Shown: in pieces, positions 23,916 to 26,378 of the stretch
Layout of the letters: each line of letters opens with the position of its first letter
Numbering within the stretch: position 1 is the stretch's first letter
Made by a program: the position numbers and the translations under genes
Sequence record: SRR20825015_537
DNA length: 26,378 nucleotides
Strand: one strand, 5' to 3'
Notes under the pieces: model-generated
What the model was told of the DNA's origin: nothing
Database searches by the model: none
Seen by the model: the letters and a program-made list of their open reading frames with translations, nothing else

Positions 23916-25904
23916 TCAGGCCGTTGTCTCAAGAAGCTCCGAGAGCTGTTTCTTGGTTGCCTGGATGGACGCGGGGCTCATGCTGAGCTCCGTCAGCCCC
24001 ATGCGGATGAATTCCGGTATAAGATCGGGGCGCGCGGCGGCCTCGCCACACATGCCGATTTCGATACCCGCTTCCACCGCAGCCTTTGCCGCCTGCTCCA
24101 CCGCCGCCATCACGGCCGGATGAGCGGCGTCGTTAAGATTGGCGACCGAGGGATTGAGGCGATCCGCAGCCATCACATACTGGGTCAGGTCGTTGGTGCC
24201 GATCGAAAAGAACGAAACCTCCTTTGCCAGTGCTGCTGCACCGAAAACGGCAGCGGGCGTCTCGATCATGACCCCCAGCGGGAATTCGCCGCAGGCGACC
24301 CCCTCGGCTTTCAGCTCGGCTGCACATTCATCGATGAGGGCGCGCGTGCGGCGCACTTCCTCAACATCCGAGACCATCGGCAGCATCACTCGCAGATTGC
24401 CATGAACGGCAGCGCGCAGAAGCGCCCGCAGCTGCACCTTGAAGATATCCGGCCGATCAAGGCACATGCGAATGCCGCGCCAGCCGAGGAAGGGGTTCTC
24501 TTCTTCCGGAAACTCCACGCCGGAGATCGGCTTGTCACCGCCGATATCGAGCGTGCGCACGATAACCGGATGGTCCGGAAAGGCACGGGCGAGTTCCGCA
24601 TAGGTTTCCGCCTGCATGTCCTCAGAAGGAAGGTGCATATGGCGCATGAAAAGAAGCTCGGTGCGGAACAGGCCAACGCCCATCGCGCCGGCCTCCTGGG
24701 CGGCTTCGACCTCTTCCAGCGAACCGAGATTGGCGGCAACCTGGATGACCGTTCCATCCGCCCGACGCGGCACCACATCCTTGTAAGCTTTGAGAGCTTC
24801 CTTTTCACGCGCGGCAGCCCCGATCATCTCGGCAAAACGGGCACGGGTCTCCGCATCCGGCTCGACAACAACCTGCCCCGTATGGCCGTCGATGGCTGTT
24901 TCCTTGGCTTCACGCAACTGGTTGACGGCCTCACCAAGGCCAAGCACCGCCGGAATGCCGTGGGTGCGGGCGATGATCGCCACATGCGAGGTAGCGCCGC
25001 CATGTCCACACACCACACCGCCAAGACGCTTGAGTGGCGCGCGCGCCAGATCCCAGGCACCGATGTCCTCGGCAACCAGAATTGCACCGTCTGGGATGTC
25101 ATCAAGGCGGGCATCTTCCTGCCCGAGAAGCGTCAGACATATCTGCCGCGCAATGGACTCCATGTCCTCGGCACGAGCCGCCATATAGGCATCGTCCAGC
25201 TTGCGAAACTCATCTGCCAGGTTTGAGGAGGCGGCGATAACGGCGGACACGGCATCGAGTCCACCGTCTATGGCAGCGAGGGTCTCATCGCGCAGCGCAT
25301 CGTCGGAGGCAATGTCACGCAGGGCCGCGACAATTCCTCGGTCGCTTTCCTGCATGCCATCGGATGCAAGCGAGCGGTCGAGCTTCTCCTGAAGCCGCAA
25401 CACCGCATCTTCAAAGCGCTTCTTCTCCGGGCCGATTTCCTCGGCTGAAAGCGTCTTGTTGGCAGGCACGATCTGTTGCGGGAAATGCGCAAAGACTGGG
25501 CCAAGCCCGAGGCCGGCGCTGGCAGCGACACCATGCAGCCCTGCCTCATCGGTCAGATTTTCTGCATCAGCCGCCTTTTTTTGAGGAATAGCCTCTTTCT
25601 GAGGCTCAGACGGCTGCGCCGTACTCTCGCCGGCACCCTCTTCGATCCCCGAAAGCGGGTTTTCCAGATAGGCAATGAGCGCATCGACGGCCTCTATGGC
25701 ATCGGCACCCTCGGCGCGAATGGAGACTTCGTCATTCTCCTTCACGCCAAGCAGCATCAGCTTAACCGAACTCTTGGCACTGACTGCCTTCTCTCCCTTT
25801 ACGATCTCCACCTCACTCTCGAACCCCTTGGCGAGGCGCACAAAGCGTGTGGCAGGTCGGGCGTGCAGGCCATCCTGCACTCGGACGATAGTCGAGCGTT
25901 CCAT
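23916..25904 (-). CDS. HPr-Enzyme I fusion phosphoryl-transfer protein of the PTS
   Basis: N-terminal HPr (DGLHARPA phospho-His; SAKSSVKLMLLG), an acidic linker, then EI: TSHVAIIAR (phospho-His), GVGLFRTE, RTLDIGGDK, NPFLGWRG, SIGTNDLTQY, GMCGE. Confidence 0.93.
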   Translation of the reverse strand: MERSTIVRVQDGLHARPATRFVRLAKGFESEVEIVKGEKAVSAKSSVKLMLLGVKENDEVSIRAEGADAIEAVDALIAYLENPLSGIEEGAGESTAQPSEPQKEAIPQKKAADAENLTDEAGLHGVAASAGLGLGPVFAHFPQQIVPANKTLSAEEIGPEKKRFEDAVLRLQEKLDRSLASDGMQESDRGIVAALRDIASDDALRDETLAAIDGGLDAVSAVIAASSNLADEFRKLDDAYMAARAEDMESIARQICLTLLGQEDARLDDIPDGAILVAEDIGAWDLARAPLKRLGGVVCGHGGATSHVAIIARTHGIPAVLGLGEAVNQLREAKETAIDGHTGQVVVEPDAETRARFAEMIGAAAREKEALKAYKDVVPRRADGTVIQVAANLGSLEEVEAAQEAGAMGVGLFRTELLFMRHMHLPSEDMQAETYAELARAFPDHPVIVRTLDIGGDKPISGVEFPEEENPFLGWRGIRMCLDRPDIFKVQLRALLRAAVHGNLRVMLPMVSDVEEVRRTRALIDECAAELKAEGVACGEFPLGVMIETPAAVFGAAALAKEVSFFSIGTNDLTQYVMAADRLNPSVANLNDAAHPAVMAAVEQAAKAAVEAGIEIGMCGEAAARPDLIPEFIRMGLTELSMSPASIQATKKQLSELLETTA

Positions 25905-25942
25905 ACCGGTCTCGTGTCTTTTTCTTCGATTTCGTAACGGCG

Positions 25943-26326
25943 TCAGGCGCCGATGGTGATCACGGCATCCGCCTTCAGCGCCGCGACAAGCCTGTCCGGC
26001 TCTACAACAGATGCGCAAATCTCACCAGGGCGCTCCACGGCAGTCGCACCATTAAAATTCACCACGACGTGTCCGATCTCGCGCACCTTGTTCCAGGCTG
26101 CGTCGCCCATGGCGGTAATCTCTGCAGATACACTGTCGCCGACGCTGACACGCGTGCCGGGCACCGGTGCTTCGGTAGACGGCCCATCCTGAACCGCATG
26201 AAGAACGGAAACCTCGGCAAGTTCCTCCGGCGCACCATCAGCGAACAGAATCAGGACACCACCTTCCGCCAGATCCGCCACTTCCGGACCGACTGCGGTT
26301 ATGCGCGTTTTGAGAAACACCGACAT
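25943..26326 (-). CDS. srlB: PTS glucitol/sorbitol-family EIIA component
   Basis: T.IT.VG....., LILF...AP.EL....VLH, ITA.G..A....RE.GH....F.G......PG pattern as in E. coli SrlB; GGAG SD. Confidence 0.85.
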   Translation of the reverse strand: MSVFLKTRITAVGPEVADLAEGGVLILFADGAPEELAEVSVLHAVQDGPSTEAPVPGTRVSVGDSVSAEITAMGDAAWNKVREIGHVVVNFNGATAVERPGEICASVVEPDRLVAALKADAVITIGA

Positions 26327-26378
26327 TCAAGAAAACTCCATGCAAACCAGAGCATCGGACCGAAAAGTGGAATCCGGT

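Noticed and set aside
1-26378. CRISPR arrays, tRNA/rRNA, IS elements, prophage or anti-phage defence genes (prompted by the WYL protein)
   Set aside because: No repeat-spacer arrays, RNA-gene signatures, transposases or integrases were seen. The WYL gene is a short YafY type beside a VOC gene with no defence genes adjacent.

Overview
High-GC alphaproteobacterial (Rhizobiales-like) chromosomal segment, mostly core genes: partial class I fructose-bisphosphate aldolase, prpE, an SDR, trcR (DUF1013), a quinone oxidoreductase, DUF1192, an MFS transporter, two DUF465 genes, purE-purK, Zn-free L36, pyk, DUF1036, an N-formylglutamate amidohydrolase-family gene, DUF1244, gapR and an ALDH7/AmaB-type dehydrogenase with a LysR regulator. 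No mobile element, CRISPR, tRNA or rRNA was recognised. Points of most interest: (1) an HTH-WYL (YafY-type) locus with two identically spaced CCTCCTGAC-N8-GTCA sites, each 12 nt upstream of a -10-like hexamer, one before an unannotated 53-aa Arg-rich DUF1127-like ORF and one before the VOC-yafY operon; (2) an 11-bp-periodic Pho-box array upstream of a secreted beta-propeller/phytase-like protein; (3) the end of a glucitol-family PTS cluster (EIIA-Gut, HPr-EI fusion, orphan gene, SorC regulator), which is unusual in rhizobia; (4) two small genes absent from the ORF track and a run of hairpins downstream of one of them. All family calls are from motif recognition by eye; no searches were run.
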